Sequence record: DRR378314_1779
Length of the DNA stretch: 64,000 nucleotides
Direction: 5' to 3' (one strand)
Shown here: positions 1 to 10,509 of the stretch, piece by piece
How positions within the stretch are numbered: the first letter of the stretch is position 1
Layout: each line of letters opens with the position of its first letter
The notes under the pieces: model-generated
Told to the model about the DNA's origin: nothing
The model's input: only the letters and a program-made list of their open reading frames with translations
Database searches by the model: none
Position numbers and translations under genes: made by a program

Positions 1-72
1 TTTACCATGGTCAACGTGCGCGATAATCGCGATGTTGCGTAATTTTTCTATATCAAATACCTGAATTGTCAT
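1..72 (-). CDS. typA: Translational GTPase TypA/BipA, 5' end only (runs off window)
   Basis: Manual translation gives MTIQVFDIEKLRNIAIIAHVDHGK (G1 motif of translational GTPases); divergent from glnA as is usual in Gammaproteobacteria. Not in the ORF track. Confidence 0.9.
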   Translation of the reverse strand, partial: MTIQVFDIEKLRNIAIIAHVDHGK

Positions 73-224
73 TAAGAACTGCCTGTAGTTGTCCGGGAAT
101 GAAACCCGTCCAAGGGGTTTTGTGAAAAATAGCGGCGTATTCTACCTTTTTGAGTTGGATTAAGAAAGACCTGATTGTTTTTTGTTCGTTATATTTTTAT
201 GACGTTATCTTAGAATGTTACTTT

Positions 225-261
225 TGCACCAATTTTGTGCGTTATGCGCTATACTGGTGCG
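225..261. promoter_or_regulatory. Tandem NtrC enhancer sites upstream of glnA
   Basis: TGCACCAATTTTGTGCG (225-241) and TGCGCTATACTGGTGCG (245-261) resemble the TGCACCA-N3-TGGTGCA consensus and lie upstream of a sigma54 promoter. Confidence 0.8.
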
Positions 262-323
262 TATTAATTTACGCATTATAGTGCTAAATGAACTAACTTT
301 ATGAATATAAACAAAAAAGTCAG

Positions 324-340
324 TTGGCACAGGCTTTGCT
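324..340 (+). promoter_or_regulatory. Sigma54 (-24/-12) promoter of glnA
   Basis: TTGGCACAGGCTTTGCT with GG at 326-327 and GC at 338-339, the canonical spacing. Confidence 0.9.
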
Positions 341-382
341 ATACTCAAGCTGTATTTTTAGACGCTGTCTACGGAGGACAAC

Positions 383-1792
383 ATGTCAGCTAATAAGATT
401 TTCGATACCATCAAAGAACACGACGTAAAATTCGTCGATTTACGCTTTACCGATACTAAAGGTAAAGAGCAACACGTCACTATTCCGGTGTCGCAAATCG
501 ATGAAGACTTCTTTGAAGAAGGTAAAATGTTTGATGGTTCATCTATTTCCGGCTGGAAAGGCATTAACGAATCAGACATGGTACTGATGCCAGACAACGA
601 GTCTGCGGTGATTGACCCCTTTACTGATGAAGTCACATTGAATGTACGTTGTGACATTCTTGAGCCGGAAACTATGCAGGGCTATAGCCGTGACCCTCGT
701 TCAATTGCAAAGCGTGCGGAAGATTTCCTGCGCTCATCAGGCATTGCAGACGACGCTTACTTCGGTCCGGAACCTGAGTTCTTCCTGTTCAACGACGTAC
801 GTTTCCACACAGACATGAGTGGTTCGTTCTACAAGATTGACGCGGAAGAAGCGAAGTGGAACTCAGGCCGTGAATATTCAGAAGGTAACCTGGCTCACCG
901 TCCTGGCGTAAAAGGCGGCTACTTCCCGGTACCTCCGGTAGACTCAGCGCACGACATTCGTGGCACCATGAGCTTAGTAATGGAAGACATGGGTATGGTT
1001 GTTGAAGCCCATCACCACGAAGTAGCAACAGCAGGTCAGAACGAAGTGGCTACACGCTTCAATACTCTGACTAAGAAAGCTGATGAACTGCAGGTTTATA
1101 AGTATGTGGTGCACAACGTCGCACACTCTTATGGTATGACCGCAACCTTTATGCCGAAGCCACTGGTTGGCGATAACGGCTCTGGCATGCACGTGCATAT
1201 GTCACTGAACAAAGGCGGCGAAAACTTATTTGCCGGCGACCAGTACGCAGGCTTGAGCGAAACCGCGCTGTTCTATATTGGCGGTATTATTAAGCACGCA
1301 CGTGCCATTAACGCTTTTGCGAACGCCTCTACTAACTCGTACAAGCGTCTGGTTCCTGGTTTTGAAGCACCGGTCATGCTGGCTTATTCCGCCCGTAACC
1401 GTTCGGCTTCTATCCGTATTCCATTGGTTTCCAGCGCGAAAGGTCGCCGTATTGAAGTGCGCTTCCCTGACCCAAGTGCGAACCCGTACCTGGCCTTTAC
1501 TGCGCTGTTAATGGCTGGCCTTGACGGTATCCGTAACAAGATCCACCCTGGCGATGCCATGGACAAAGATTTATACAATCTGCCTCCTGAAGAAGCGAAA
1601 GACATTCCGACTGTTTGTCACTCACTGGAAATGGCTCTGGACGCGTTGGATAAAGACCGCGACTTCCTTAAGCAAGGCGGCGTTATGGACGACGACATGA
1701 TTGATGCCTACATCGATCTTAAGTACAACGAAGTAGAGACATTGAAGAAGACTACCCACCCGGTAGAATTCGATATGTACTACAGCGTTTAA
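383..1792 (+). CDS. glnA: Glutamine synthetase type I
   Basis: [31 protein letters not shown] and RIEVRFPD motifs; adenylylation Tyr in [16 protein letters not shown]. Confidence 0.99.
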   Translation: MSANKIFDTIKEHDVKFVDLRFTDTKGKEQHVTIPVSQIDEDFFEEGKMFDGSSISGWKGINESDMVLMPDNESAVIDPFTDEVTLNVRCDILEPETMQGYSRDPRSIAKRAEDFLRSSGIADDAYFGPEPEFFLFNDVRFHTDMSGSFYKIDAEEAKWNSGREYSEGNLAHRPGVKGGYFPVPPVDSAHDIRGTMSLVMEDMGMVVEAHHHEVATAGQNEVATRFNTLTKKADELQVYKYVVHNVAHSYGMTATFMPKPLVGDNGSGMHVHMSLNKGGENLFAGDQYAGLSETALFYIGGIIKHARAINAFANASTNSYKRLVPGFEAPVMLAYSARNRSASIRIPLVSSAKGRRIEVRFPDPSANPYLAFTALLMAGLDGIRNKIHPGDAMDKDLYNLPPEEAKDIPTVCHSLEMALDALDKDRDFLKQGGVMDDDMIDAYIDLKYNEVETLKKTTHPVEFDMYYSV

Positions 1793-1800
1793 TGGTTACT

Positions 1801-1831
1801 GGCCGGGTAAGGTGTCTTGCCTTACCCGGTT
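1801..1831 (+). terminator. Hairpin between glnA and ntrB (no U-tract; leaky terminator or stability element)
   Basis: CCGGGTAAGG / CCTTACCCGG perfect 10-bp inverted repeat, extendable by G-U pairs. Confidence 0.55.
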
Positions 1832-1847
1832 GCACCAACTTGGTGCG
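1831..1847. promoter_or_regulatory. NtrC binding site at the ntrB (glnL) promoter
   Basis: TGCACCAACTTGGTGCG, near-perfect consensus, at the position of the glnLp autorepression site known from enterics. Confidence 0.85.
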
Positions 1848-1864
1848 TAATTTATCCTGCCTTC

Positions 1865-2938
1865 GTGAACGATAGCGCGCTACTTAACCAACTACTCACA
1901 GGCATACTCATCCTCGATGATCGCCTGACCATCCGTTACGTCAATTCGTCTGCTGAATCCTTACTCGATCACAGTGCAAAACGCCTGTTGGGCGAACCTT
2001 TCACTGCGGCTTTTTATCAGTGTTCGCTGGCGTCAGAAACGCTGATGGAGTGCCTGAATAGCGAGCAAACGGTGCTGAATGCGGAAGCTCAGTTCGCGCT
2101 GCATTCCGGGCACAATATTCGGGTGGAAACCAGTATTCAAACAGTAGAGCAACCTTTTGGACGTGCTTTGCTACTGGAATTAAAACAAGTAGACCAGTTG
2201 CGGCGAATAAATCAGGAAGATCAACAGCGTAATCAGCTATTCGCTACCCAGCACTTATTGCGCGGTATGGCGCATGAAATAAAGAACCCTCTGGGAGGTT
2301 TACGCGGCGCTGCGCAGTTACTGGCACGGCAACTTCCGGACGAGAGCCTGACAGAGTATACGGACTTGATCATCAGCCAGTCGGACCGGTTAAGGTATTT
2401 GGTCGACAGGTTATTAGGGCCGGTAAAAAGGGGCGAGTCGAAGGAAACCAATATTCATGAAGTGTTGGAAAGAGTTGCCAGAACTTTGGTGTACGAATAT
2501 GGAGACTCGCTGAATTTAGTTCGGGATTACGACCCGTCGCTGCCGGATATTCAGGTGGTTGCGGAAGCTTGTGAACAGGTGTTTTTGAATATTGCCCAAA
2601 ATGCAGCACAAGCTATGTCAGGCGAAGGCACTATTACAATTAAAACGCGGGTAGAACACCAATTGACTCTGTTTGGACAGCGCTATCGACAATGTGCTGT
2701 GGTTACTTTGACCGATAATGGGCCCGGTATTCCGGCCGAGTTGCGCGAAACCCTGTTTTATCCGTTGATAAGCGGCCGTGCTGAAGGAACCGGACTCGGC
2801 TTGTCGCTGGCACAAAATTTAGTGCATCAGCATAAAGGGAAAATTGATTTTGATTCCAGTCCCGGAAAAACCCGATTTTCAGTGTATTTGCCTTATCTTT
2901 CAGCAGAAAATGGTAATGAGGTGACGGATGACCACTAA
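1865..2938 (+). CDS. ntrB: Nitrogen regulation sensor kinase NtrB
   Basis: PAS N-terminus, AHEIKNPLGG H-box, DNGPGI and GTGLGL. Start moved to GTG 1865 because the track start (1817) lies inside the hairpin and NtrC site. Confidence 0.95.
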   Translation: MNDSALLNQLLTGILILDDRLTIRYVNSSAESLLDHSAKRLLGEPFTAAFYQCSLASETLMECLNSEQTVLNAEAQFALHSGHNIRVETSIQTVEQPFGRALLLELKQVDQLRRINQEDQQRNQLFATQHLLRGMAHEIKNPLGGLRGAAQLLARQLPDESLTEYTDLIISQSDRLRYLVDRLLGPVKRGESKETNIHEVLERVARTLVYEYGDSLNLVRDYDPSLPDIQVVAEACEQVFLNIAQNAAQAMSGEGTITIKTRVEHQLTLFGQRYRQCAVVTLTDNGPGIPAELRETLFYPLISGRAEGTGLGLSLAQNLVHQHKGKIDFDSSPGKTRFSVYLPYLSAENGNEVTDDH

Positions 2939-4334
2939 TGCTCAGTTATGGATAATTGATGATGACGACTCTATTCGCTGGGTACTGGAAAAAGCCTTTG
3001 CTGATAGCCGTTATCACGTGCGCAGTTTTGCCAATGGCGAAGACTTTTTCATGGCTCTAAAGAGCGATAAACCAACCGTTGTGCTCACCGATATCCGTAT
3101 GCCGGGAGAAAACGGCCTGGCTGTACTGGAGCGGCTGCATCAGACCGAGGCGCATTTGCCTGTTGTGGTTATGACCGCGCATTCCGATCTCGAGACAACG
3201 GTAAAAGCGTTTCAGGGCGGCGCATTTGAGTATCTGGCAAAGCCCTTTGACATTGATGAAGCTATTACCGCCGTTGACCGTGCTCTGCAGCATGCCAGAC
3301 AAAGTGAAAATGCGCCCGCGCAAATAGACGCAAATTCAGTTCCCGAGCTTATTGGTGAAGCCACGCCTATGCAGGATGTGTTTCGTGCTATCGGTCGCTT
3401 GTCGGGCTCAAGCGTTAGTGTGCTGCTTACCGGAGAAACCGGTACTGGCAAAGAAGTTGTCGCGCGAGCTCTGCATAAACACAGCCCACGGGCGGATAAA
3501 CCTTTTATTGCGCTTAACATGGCAGCAATACCCGCCGATTTAATTGAGTCGGAGCTGTTCGGGCACGAACGCGGGGCCTTTACCGGAGCCGACCGTAAAC
3601 GCGTCGGGCGTTTTCAGCAAGCTGACGGTGGTACTTTGTTTCTGGATGAAATTGGCGATATGCCTTTACCAGTTCAGACACGGCTGTTGAGAGTTCTGGC
3701 CGAAGGACAGTTTTACCCGGTGGGAGCGTTGCAACCGGTAAAAGTGGATGTGCGCGTTATTGCCGCCACCCACCGGGAACTAGAACACTTGGTTAACCAG
3801 GGCACATTCAGGGATGACCTTTATCATCGTCTTAACGTTATCCGTTTGCGGCTGCCGCCTCTGCGTGAGCGGGCGGAAGATATCGATACTCTGGCAAGAC
3901 ACTTTCTTAAAAAGTCGGCCGAAGAGTTGAATGTCACACCAAAAACATTGTTAAATGAAACGCTTAGCACATTAAAGAGTTACAATTGGCCAGGTAACGT
4001 CCGACAACTGGAAAATACCTGTCGCTGGCTAACCGTTATGGCGCCCGGGCAGCAAATAAGTCCCCGGGACTTGCCTGAAGACATTCTGGTGACTTCAGAG
4101 CCAGGTTCGACAGAGCCAGGCGGTGAGCTTACCTGGTTACACTTTTTGCAAACTGAGCTGGAACAGCAGCCGTTAAACTCGCAGGATGTTCTGCAAAGTT
4201 ATCAGCAGCAGCTGGAGCAGGTTGCGTTACAGACTGCTTTAAAACGTTTTTCCGGACATAAACAAAAAGCAGCCGCATGGCTGGGCTGGGGAAGGAATAC
4301 CTTAACCCGAAAGTTGAAAACTCTGCTAAAGTAA
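2928..4334 (+). CDS. ntrC: Nitrogen regulation sigma54 activator NtrC
   Basis: Receiver domain, Walker A GETGTGKE, GAFTGA, WPGNVRQL and C-terminal HTH GWGRNTLTRK; follows glnA-ntrB. Confidence 0.97.
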   Translation: MTTNAQLWIIDDDDSIRWVLEKAFADSRYHVRSFANGEDFFMALKSDKPTVVLTDIRMPGENGLAVLERLHQTEAHLPVVVMTAHSDLETTVKAFQGGAFEYLAKPFDIDEAITAVDRALQHARQSENAPAQIDANSVPELIGEATPMQDVFRAIGRLSGSSVSVLLTGETGTGKEVVARALHKHSPRADKPFIALNMAAIPADLIESELFGHERGAFTGADRKRVGRFQQADGGTLFLDEIGDMPLPVQTRLLRVLAEGQFYPVGALQPVKVDVRVIAATHRELEHLVNQGTFRDDLYHRLNVIRLRLPPLRERAEDIDTLARHFLKKSAEELNVTPKTLLNETLSTLKSYNWPGNVRQLENTCRWLTVMAPGQQISPRDLPEDILVTSEPGSTEPGGELTWLHFLQTELEQQPLNSQDVLQSYQQQLEQVALQTALKRFSGHKQKAAAWLGWGRNTLTRKLKTLLK

Positions 4335-4346
4335 AAGTTATGTAAA
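4331..4346 (+). promoter_or_regulatory. Possible CpxR binding site upstream of cpxR
   Basis: GTAAA-AGTTAT-GTAAA direct repeat. Spacer is 6 nt versus 5 nt in the E. coli consensus. Confidence 0.4.
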
Positions 4347-4409
4347 GAGGGTCGTATCCATCCCCGGCATTTTGGATCATGGATTTATTTCTGGAGAGAA
4401 CAACAAGTT

Positions 4410-5090
4410 ATGAGACATTCCGTACTACTCATTGACGATGATACTGAAATGTCTGTCATGCTGACAGAATTGTTTAAACGTGAATCTGTGGATTTAAGTG
4501 TCGCCGAAGATGGTGTCACTGGTCTTGATAAAGCACTTAACGGTGACTACGAACTTATTTTGCTGGACGTTATGTTACCCGGCATTGATGGTATGCAGCT
4601 TTTGCAGCGGTTACGCCAACAACATCGTGATACCGCGGTGCTGATGCTGACGGCTCGTGGCGACGATGACGACCGAGTTATGGGGCTGGAGCTTGGTGCA
4701 GATGATTACCTGCCAAAACCTTTTAATCCACGTGAACTGATTGCCCGTGTAAGAGCTTTGCTGCGTCGCACGCCAAACACAACCATGCAGAATGAAAGCC
4801 TGAACGTTTGTGGCATAGTGCTGGATCCGGCTACTACGGAAGTAAAATGCGATGATGCTGAACTGATTCTGACACCAACTGAGTTTGATATTTTGCGTTG
4901 CCTGATGCAGCAAGCCGGTCAAATGGTCAGTAAAGACCAGCTTTCAGTGGCTGCACTGGGACGAAAAATGGAGCCTTTTGACCGCAGTCTTGACGTGCAT
5001 ATTAGTAACATCCGGAAGAAATTCCCGGCAAAACCTGATCGTATTCAAACTATACGAGGTCGCGGCTACCGACTGATTGCAAGCTTATGA
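4410..5090 (+). CDS. cpxR: OmpR-family response regulator, CpxR-like
   Basis: LLDVMLP, GLELGADDYLPKPF, PFDRSLDVHISNIRKK and TIRGRGY; fieF and trmL nearby as in cpx loci. Confidence 0.8.
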   Translation: MRHSVLLIDDDTEMSVMLTELFKRESVDLSVAEDGVTGLDKALNGDYELILLDVMLPGIDGMQLLQRLRQQHRDTAVLMLTARGDDDDRVMGLELGADDYLPKPFNPRELIARVRALLRRTPNTTMQNESLNVCGIVLDPATTEVKCDDAELILTPTEFDILRCLMQQAGQMVSKDQLSVAALGRKMEPFDRSLDVHISNIRKKFPAKPDRIQTIRGRGYRLIASL

Positions 5091-6448
5091 AGAACCGGCG
5101 TACGCGGTGGTACCGATCGCTTGCTCTGAGATTACTTTTCATTTTTTGGGCGCTGCTTTCGGTCACAGCGGCCAGTGGTTATTTGTTGGCGGTTTGGAAC
5201 AAACCTAAAGCTGAACTTAAACCACTGGAGCCGGAGATTTATCAGACGTTACAGCCTTTATTGAGCGATGCGTTAACCTTTCACTCTCTACAACCCGGCC
5301 GGCTTATTGCTGGCGACTACCGCGTTGCCGCACAGTTGTCGGTGCAGGGCAGCGAAAAGCTATTAATGGACGAGATGCTGCGCGTAAGTCACGGTTCCAC
5401 GCTATTGCGTATGCTGGGTCAAGACTCTCCGCAGCAGATTCCTCTGGACGAGCGTTTGTTAATGGGTCCGTTCGAGCTCGACGGCAATAAAATTCTGGTG
5501 ACTAAGCCCTTAGGCATTGAAGAGCAGGTTGACCGTGAGCGGTTGGAAGCAGAATCGACCCGCGCGCGCATACTGACTTTAATGGTTGGTAGCGGTTTAC
5601 TCGCAGTATTACTGGGTATTTGGCTTATTCGACCTATACGACGAATGATTCTGGCAATGCGCGAAGTGGCTGATGGTAGTGCAACGCCTGAACTTAAACG
5701 TTTACCTAAACGTGGTGATGAAATTGGCGAACTGGCACGGGCTTTATCGCAAGGGGCGGTAGACTTAGCAACTTCGCGTGACGCGCAACGGCGATTACTC
5801 AGCGATGTATCGCACGAATTACGTTCACCTATGGCGCGTATGCAGGTGGCTCTGGATTTAGCCGATTGCAATGAGGACGACCCTAATTGGCAACAATTGC
5901 GCCGCGATACGGAACGTCTCAGTGTGATTATTGAGCGAATTCTTTCGCTGTCGAGACTGGAGAATGGGCTGGTTGATCTGAACCATGAAAGCCTGGATAG
6001 CGGTGAACTGGTGCAGCAGCTTATTAATGATATGTGTTATCAGCATCCAGAAGTACGCGAGCGCTTGCTGCGGCATGGTAGCAACTGGCCGGTTATTGAT
6101 ACTGACCCTGAATTGCTGCGGCTGGTTCTGGAAAATATTGTCCGTAATGCACTGCACTACACCGAAGATAACGTAGAGCTTTCCTGTGACGATTACGGCA
6201 AAGGCTGTCATATTCGCATTCGGGATCACGGCCCGGGGGTTGATGAGAGCACCATAAGTAAACTGTTTGTGCCTTTTTATCGCGGCGATCCGGCGCGACA
6301 CCATAAAGCCGGCGTTGGTCTTGGTTTAGCCTTGAGTCATCGCGCGGCGGCTGTTCTGGGTGGTGAATTAAAAGCTCATAATCACTCTGAAGGAGGACTT
6401 GAAGTCGTGTTAGACTTACCCAAAAGTCAGCCCGAACAGAAAGAATGA
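5087..6448 (+). CDS. cpxA: Sensor histidine kinase, CpxA-like
   Basis: Two TM helices, HAMP domain, RLLSDVSHELRSP, ENIVRNA, DHGPG and GVGLGL; ATGA overlap with the regulator. Confidence 0.75.
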   Translation: MKNRRTRWYRSLALRLLFIFWALLSVTAASGYLLAVWNKPKAELKPLEPEIYQTLQPLLSDALTFHSLQPGRLIAGDYRVAAQLSVQGSEKLLMDEMLRVSHGSTLLRMLGQDSPQQIPLDERLLMGPFELDGNKILVTKPLGIEEQVDRERLEAESTRARILTLMVGSGLLAVLLGIWLIRPIRRMILAMREVADGSATPELKRLPKRGDEIGELARALSQGAVDLATSRDAQRRLLSDVSHELRSPMARMQVALDLADCNEDDPNWQQLRRDTERLSVIIERILSLSRLENGLVDLNHESLDSGELVQQLINDMCYQHPEVRERLLRHGSNWPVIDTDPELLRLVLENIVRNALHYTEDNVELSCDDYGKGCHIRIRDHGPGVDESTISKLFVPFYRGDPARHHKAGVGLGLALSHRAAAVLGGELKAHNHSEGGLEVVLDLPKSQPEQKE

Positions 6449-7449
6449 AGCAACCGCCTACTACACAACAACGCCCTGCAGACGACACGCCCGAATGGCT
6501 GGAGTTTTTTAAGGCTCAAGTCGAAGCCTTTTGGGAGCAGCAAGTTACCTCTGAGTATTTTACTGCGTTTGATGGTATCAAATTACATTTTGCCTATTAC
6601 CGACATAGTGACTCCGCACCCTTAGTGGTTATTGCTCCGGGGCGAATAGAGTCGGCACTGAAGTATCAGGAACTGTTTTGGGAGCTGGCACAGCAGGGCT
6701 TTTCTGTTGCGGCACTGGATCACCGTGGGCAGGGATTGTCGGGGCGCCTGACGGCGAACCCTCATCAGGGACATGTCGAAAACTTTAATGACTTTGTACG
6801 TGACTTTTCGGACTTTACCAACCTGTTAGTGGCACGATTTGGCGATGTACCCAAAACACTGTTTTCTCACTCGATGGGCGGAACAATAGCGACCATTTAC
6901 TGTGCCGCTTACCAGCATCCTTATAAAAAACTCATACTCTCTGCTCCTATGTTTTCTATAGAAACAGGAATAGTGCCTTATTGGTTCGCGCGTTGGATAG
7001 TTTTTGCGGGAGCCTGGTTAAACCGCTGGCTGGCAAAACCATGGTATTTTCTCGGTATGGGAAATTATAAATCGGTGCCTTTTGAAGAGAACGTTCTGAC
7101 ACATAGCCGACAGCGATATAAGGCGTTTCGGGATGCTTACGATAATGTTTCGGATGTTCAGCTAGGCGGGCCCACATTTAATTGGCTGTATGAGGCCATC
7201 AGTGCCGCTATCAACGCGCAGAAACTGGCAAATGACATTACCATTCCGGTCATTCTGTTTCAGGCGGGGAATGATAAAGTGGTTTCCGCGTCAGGACAAA
7301 AGAAAGTAGCTGCGGCGGTTACCCGGGACCACTTTAGGTTTGAGACCATTAAAGGTGCATCGCACGAGCTTATGATGGAAACTGACAAGTTTCGTCAACC
7401 TGTGCTGGACGCTCTTATTGAAGAAACCCGGAAGCTTGCTAACGCTTAA
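6445..7449 (+). CDS. pldB: Lysophospholipase L2-like alpha/beta hydrolase
   Basis: PGRIES, DHRGQGLSGR, SHSMGG nucleophile, NVLTHS, GGPT and HEL motifs. Confidence 0.85.
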   Translation: MKQPPTTQQRPADDTPEWLEFFKAQVEAFWEQQVTSEYFTAFDGIKLHFAYYRHSDSAPLVVIAPGRIESALKYQELFWELAQQGFSVAALDHRGQGLSGRLTANPHQGHVENFNDFVRDFSDFTNLLVARFGDVPKTLFSHSMGGTIATIYCAAYQHPYKKLILSAPMFSIETGIVPYWFARWIVFAGAWLNRWLAKPWYFLGMGNYKSVPFEENVLTHSRQRYKAFRDAYDNVSDVQLGGPTFNWLYEAISAAINAQKLANDITIPVILFQAGNDKVVSASGQKKVAAAVTRDHFRFETIKGASHELMMETDKFRQPVLDALIEETRKLANA

Positions 7450-8368
7450 GTGAACCTTCTACCACGGCGACAATTTCAGGATCCATGTGGACAATAATAT
7501 CGGCGCCCGGGAAAGCTTTCATCAGCTGTGCTTCAACATCATCGGCAATGGCGTGAGCCCGTAATAAAGACAATTCGTTGGCCAGCTCAATGTGTAACTG
7601 AATAAAGCGCACCGGGCCTGCCTCCCGTGTGCGTAGACCGTGAAAGCCTTTAACGCCGTTTACCGCCATTGTGATATTAGCAATCTGCTCTTGCAGCTCT
7701 TCTGACAACTCACGATCCATCAGTGCCTGAAATGCATCCCAACCAATACGAACTGCGCCAATAATGAGGTAAATGGCAATGCCCATGGCAAAAATACTGT
7801 CAGCCCAGAGCCAGCCATAGCTACTTAAAATTAACGCCACAATAACGGCTAAGTTCAGCAGTATGTCCGACTGATAGTGAAGATTATCGGCCTGCACAGC
7901 CTGAGAGTTGGTATGGCGAATAGCCATACGCTGTATAACAATTAAAACAAAGGTAATGACAATAGCAATGGCAGAAACCGCGATACCGTAACCCACTTTA
8001 GGCACACTGCCGCCCTGCATAAACTGTTGAACGCTGTGGAAAATAAGCAGCATGCTGGAACCAGAAATAAAAGCGCTTTGCGCTAACGCCGCCAGGGATT
8101 CGGCTTTACCGTGACCGAATCGATGCTCTTCATCTGCTGGTTGCAAAGCGTAGCGAATCGCAAAAAAGCTGAATATGGAAGCGCCGCTGTCTAAAATTGA
8201 ATCGGTGAGAGATGCCAGCATACTGGCGGATTCTGTCTGGAACCAGGCAAAAAGCTTAATGGTAATTAGGATTATGGCAACGATAACCGACGCTGTACTA
8301 GCCAGTCGTACCCAAAAAGCATAATTCTGTTGGTAGTTTTTCTGATTTGCCACAGTACCGGTACACAT
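7439..8368 (-). CDS. fieF: Cation diffusion facilitator FieF
   Basis: DSILD, PADEEHRFGHGKAE, ADNLHYQSD and IIVHMDP; start codon uncertain. Confidence 0.93.
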   Translation of the reverse strand: MCTGTVANQKNYQQNYAFWVRLASTASVIVAIILITIKLFAWFQTESASMLASLTDSILDSGASIFSFFAIRYALQPADEEHRFGHGKAESLAALAQSAFISGSSMLLIFHSVQQFMQGGSVPKVGYGIAVSAIAIVITFVLIVIQRMAIRHTNSQAVQADNLHYQSDILLNLAVIVALILSSYGWLWADSIFAMGIAIYLIIGAVRIGWDAFQALMDRELSEELQEQIANITMAVNGVKGFHGLRTREAGPVRFIQLHIELANELSLLRAHAIADDVEAQLMKAFPGADIIVHMDPEIVAVVEGSLKR

Positions 8369-8407
8369 TTATAAAAGATATTCTGCTATTCTACCGCTTT
8401 TACCCAA

Positions 8408-8887
8408 GTGATGAAAACGACCATGTTGCACCTTGTACTGTTTGAGCCTGAAATTCCCCCTAATACCGGCAACGTTATTCGTTTGGCGGCGAACACGGGC
8501 ATGTCCTTGCATTTAATTGAGCCCTTAGGGTTTGAGCTGGATGAAAAAAAAGTACGTCGGGCGGGTCTTGATTATCACGATTTAGCTTCTGTAAATATCC
8601 ATAAAGACTGGCAGAGCTTTCTGAATAGTACCTCGTTTAACCGCATTTTTGCGTGCACAACCAAAGGTAAGACAAATTACTCTGCAGTGGCTTATGAGGC
8701 CGGCGATGTTTTGTTGTTTGGCCCTGAAACTCGCGGGCTGCCAATGGAGGTCCTGGAAACTTTTCCACAAGAGAACTGGTTGCGGTTGCCAATGGCGGAC
8801 ACCAGCCGAAGCCTGAATTTATCCAATTCAGTGGCTATTTTTGCTTATGAAGCCTGGCGCCAGAACGATTTTACAGGCGCTCGTTAA
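8408..8887 (+). CDS. trmL: tRNA (cytidine/uridine-34-2'-O)-methyltransferase
   Basis: [25 protein letters not shown] and [12 protein letters not shown] motifs; true start may be ATG 8423. Confidence 0.97.
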   Translation: MMKTTMLHLVLFEPEIPPNTGNVIRLAANTGMSLHLIEPLGFELDEKKVRRAGLDYHDLASVNIHKDWQSFLNSTSFNRIFACTTKGKTNYSAVAYEAGDVLLFGPETRGLPMEVLETFPQENWLRLPMADTSRSLNLSNSVAIFAYEAWRQNDFTGAR

Positions 8888-10211
8888 TTTGCTGTTTAGC
8901 CCTTTTTTCAATTGTCTGTTCGAACAGCGTGTTATCAAATAGTTGACGAAGTGCACGGCCTCTGTTGTTGTCGAGAAAGGCCATGAATAAAGGTTGTGGT
9001 CCCGACAGCTTCTGTTTCTTGTAGGGCTTTTCGGTCCAGTCAGGCAGGTTGTCCTTGTAGTCTATTACCGCACTGACTCTTTCCATATCCAGTAGTGCAA
9101 AGCAGTCCAGCGAATTCGAGGCCCGGTAAAAGGGTCGATCGGTATCCACTAAGGTTTGCATGAAGCGAGGGCCGGATACACAAATAGGACCATCATTCGG
9201 TTGTTCAAGGGTGAAAAGAAAAATGCTGTCGTCGTAGCCAATATGATATTTAGACAGAATGATATTTTTTATTTTCTGATCAGGACGAACACCGATTAAC
9301 GCATCTGCACGGCCTTCCTGTAGTAATTGAATACTTCGCTGCCAACTGCTGACAACCGTATTGAGCCGGGAGGTAAAAGTCGGAAATACGGATTTAGCCA
9401 AATTCCATAATTTGCCCGTGCCGTCGGCATTCAGTAAGCCCTGGTGTATGGCTCCTACAACCGTCAGTTGCTCAGGACGCTTTATAGGCTGTATTGGTGT
9501 TTCCAGGGTGACACCATACTGCTCGCGCAGTGCCTTCATCCGGCCGTTGTCGCGCATAGTTTGCAGGTGATAAGTCAGTTGAGGTATCAGTCTCGCATGC
9601 TCTTCATTCAGATAATGAAAGCCAACCTCTGTCGATAACTTATGAGTAATTAAATGAGGGTTATCTTTCAGATCTGAATTTTCAAATTGAAAATCCCCCA
9701 TAAATGCCATTTGAATGCGCCCCGAATCGAGTAATTTTACCACTTGCTCAATATCAATAGGGGTGACAATAGACGGTTCGTAAGGCAGGTTTTCGACCAA
9801 TTTGGTAATTGAGTCCATACCGTTAACATAGGCCAGACTTTTCATTTCTGACAATGGGCAGTAACCACAGTTACGACGATCGGCTACCGCGATAATGTCG
9901 AAAGTGAATAGTGGAAAAGGCACCCGGCGCAGGTGTCGACGTTTGTCTTCAAGTAGCGCTGTTCTTCCCAGCTCCCCGGCGATGGTACCTTCAGCAGCCA
10001 ACTGTTCACCTCGTAAGCGGGGAAGTTCGATGTACTCGAGTTCAATACCGAGTTTTTCGTATGCCTCTTCAAGCACCGCTGTTACATATTGCGTAAAGGG
10101 ACCTTCCTCGGGAGCACGGAAAGTCAGTTTCTGCTCTGAGAAGGCAAAACTGGTCATCGGGAGCAGGCCCGCGAGCAGTAACAGAACGCAAAAACGTAAC
10201 GGTGACTTCAT
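8871..10211 (-). CDS. Exported protein with two probable periplasmic-binding-protein (type 2)-like domains
   Basis: Signal peptide; [19 protein letters not shown]...G.IAGE and [19 protein letters not shown] resemble family 3 substrate-binding domains. Confidence 0.55.
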   Translation of the reverse strand: MKSPLRFCVLLLLAGLLPMTSFAFSEQKLTFRAPEEGPFTQYVTAVLEEAYEKLGIELEYIELPRLRGEQLAAEGTIAGELGRTALLEDKRRHLRRVPFPLFTFDIIAVADRRNCGYCPLSEMKSLAYVNGMDSITKLVENLPYEPSIVTPIDIEQVVKLLDSGRIQMAFMGDFQFENSDLKDNPHLITHKLSTEVGFHYLNEEHARLIPQLTYHLQTMRDNGRMKALREQYGVTLETPIQPIKRPEQLTVVGAIHQGLLNADGTGKLWNLAKSVFPTFTSRLNTVVSSWQRSIQLLQEGRADALIGVRPDQKIKNIILSKYHIGYDDSIFLFTLEQPNDGPICVSGPRFMQTLVDTDRPFYRASNSLDCFALLDMERVSAVIDYKDNLPDWTEKPYKKQKLSGPQPLFMAFLDNNRGRALRQLFDNTLFEQTIEKRAKQQINERL

Positions 10212-10509
10212 AACAACACGTGTGATCTTATTTCATAAAAGAGAGATTAGTATAGCAGTGTTCGGATGCTCGTCACGAGCCCTGAAAATTATTTATTTTC
10301 ATAGGTTTACGCTTATTAACAGTGAGTTTACTATGCCGTATCACATAAGTTAATTCTGCGAGAATTTTAGGTCTGTCTATAATAAATGCGTTAATCTATT
10401 GTCCTATATTTGACAGTTGGGTTGTTAACGCTCTAGCGTTGCAGCCTGTTGATTTTGTTAGTTGAAATATTCTAGCGGTGAAAGCCGTCGGTAACTAGGG
10501 GTTTTATTT

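Noticed and set aside
1793-1831. GlnZ-like 3' UTR sRNA of glnA
   Set aside because: Only about 8 nt separate the stop from the hairpin and there is no U-tract, leaving no room for a seed region or an Hfq-binding tail.
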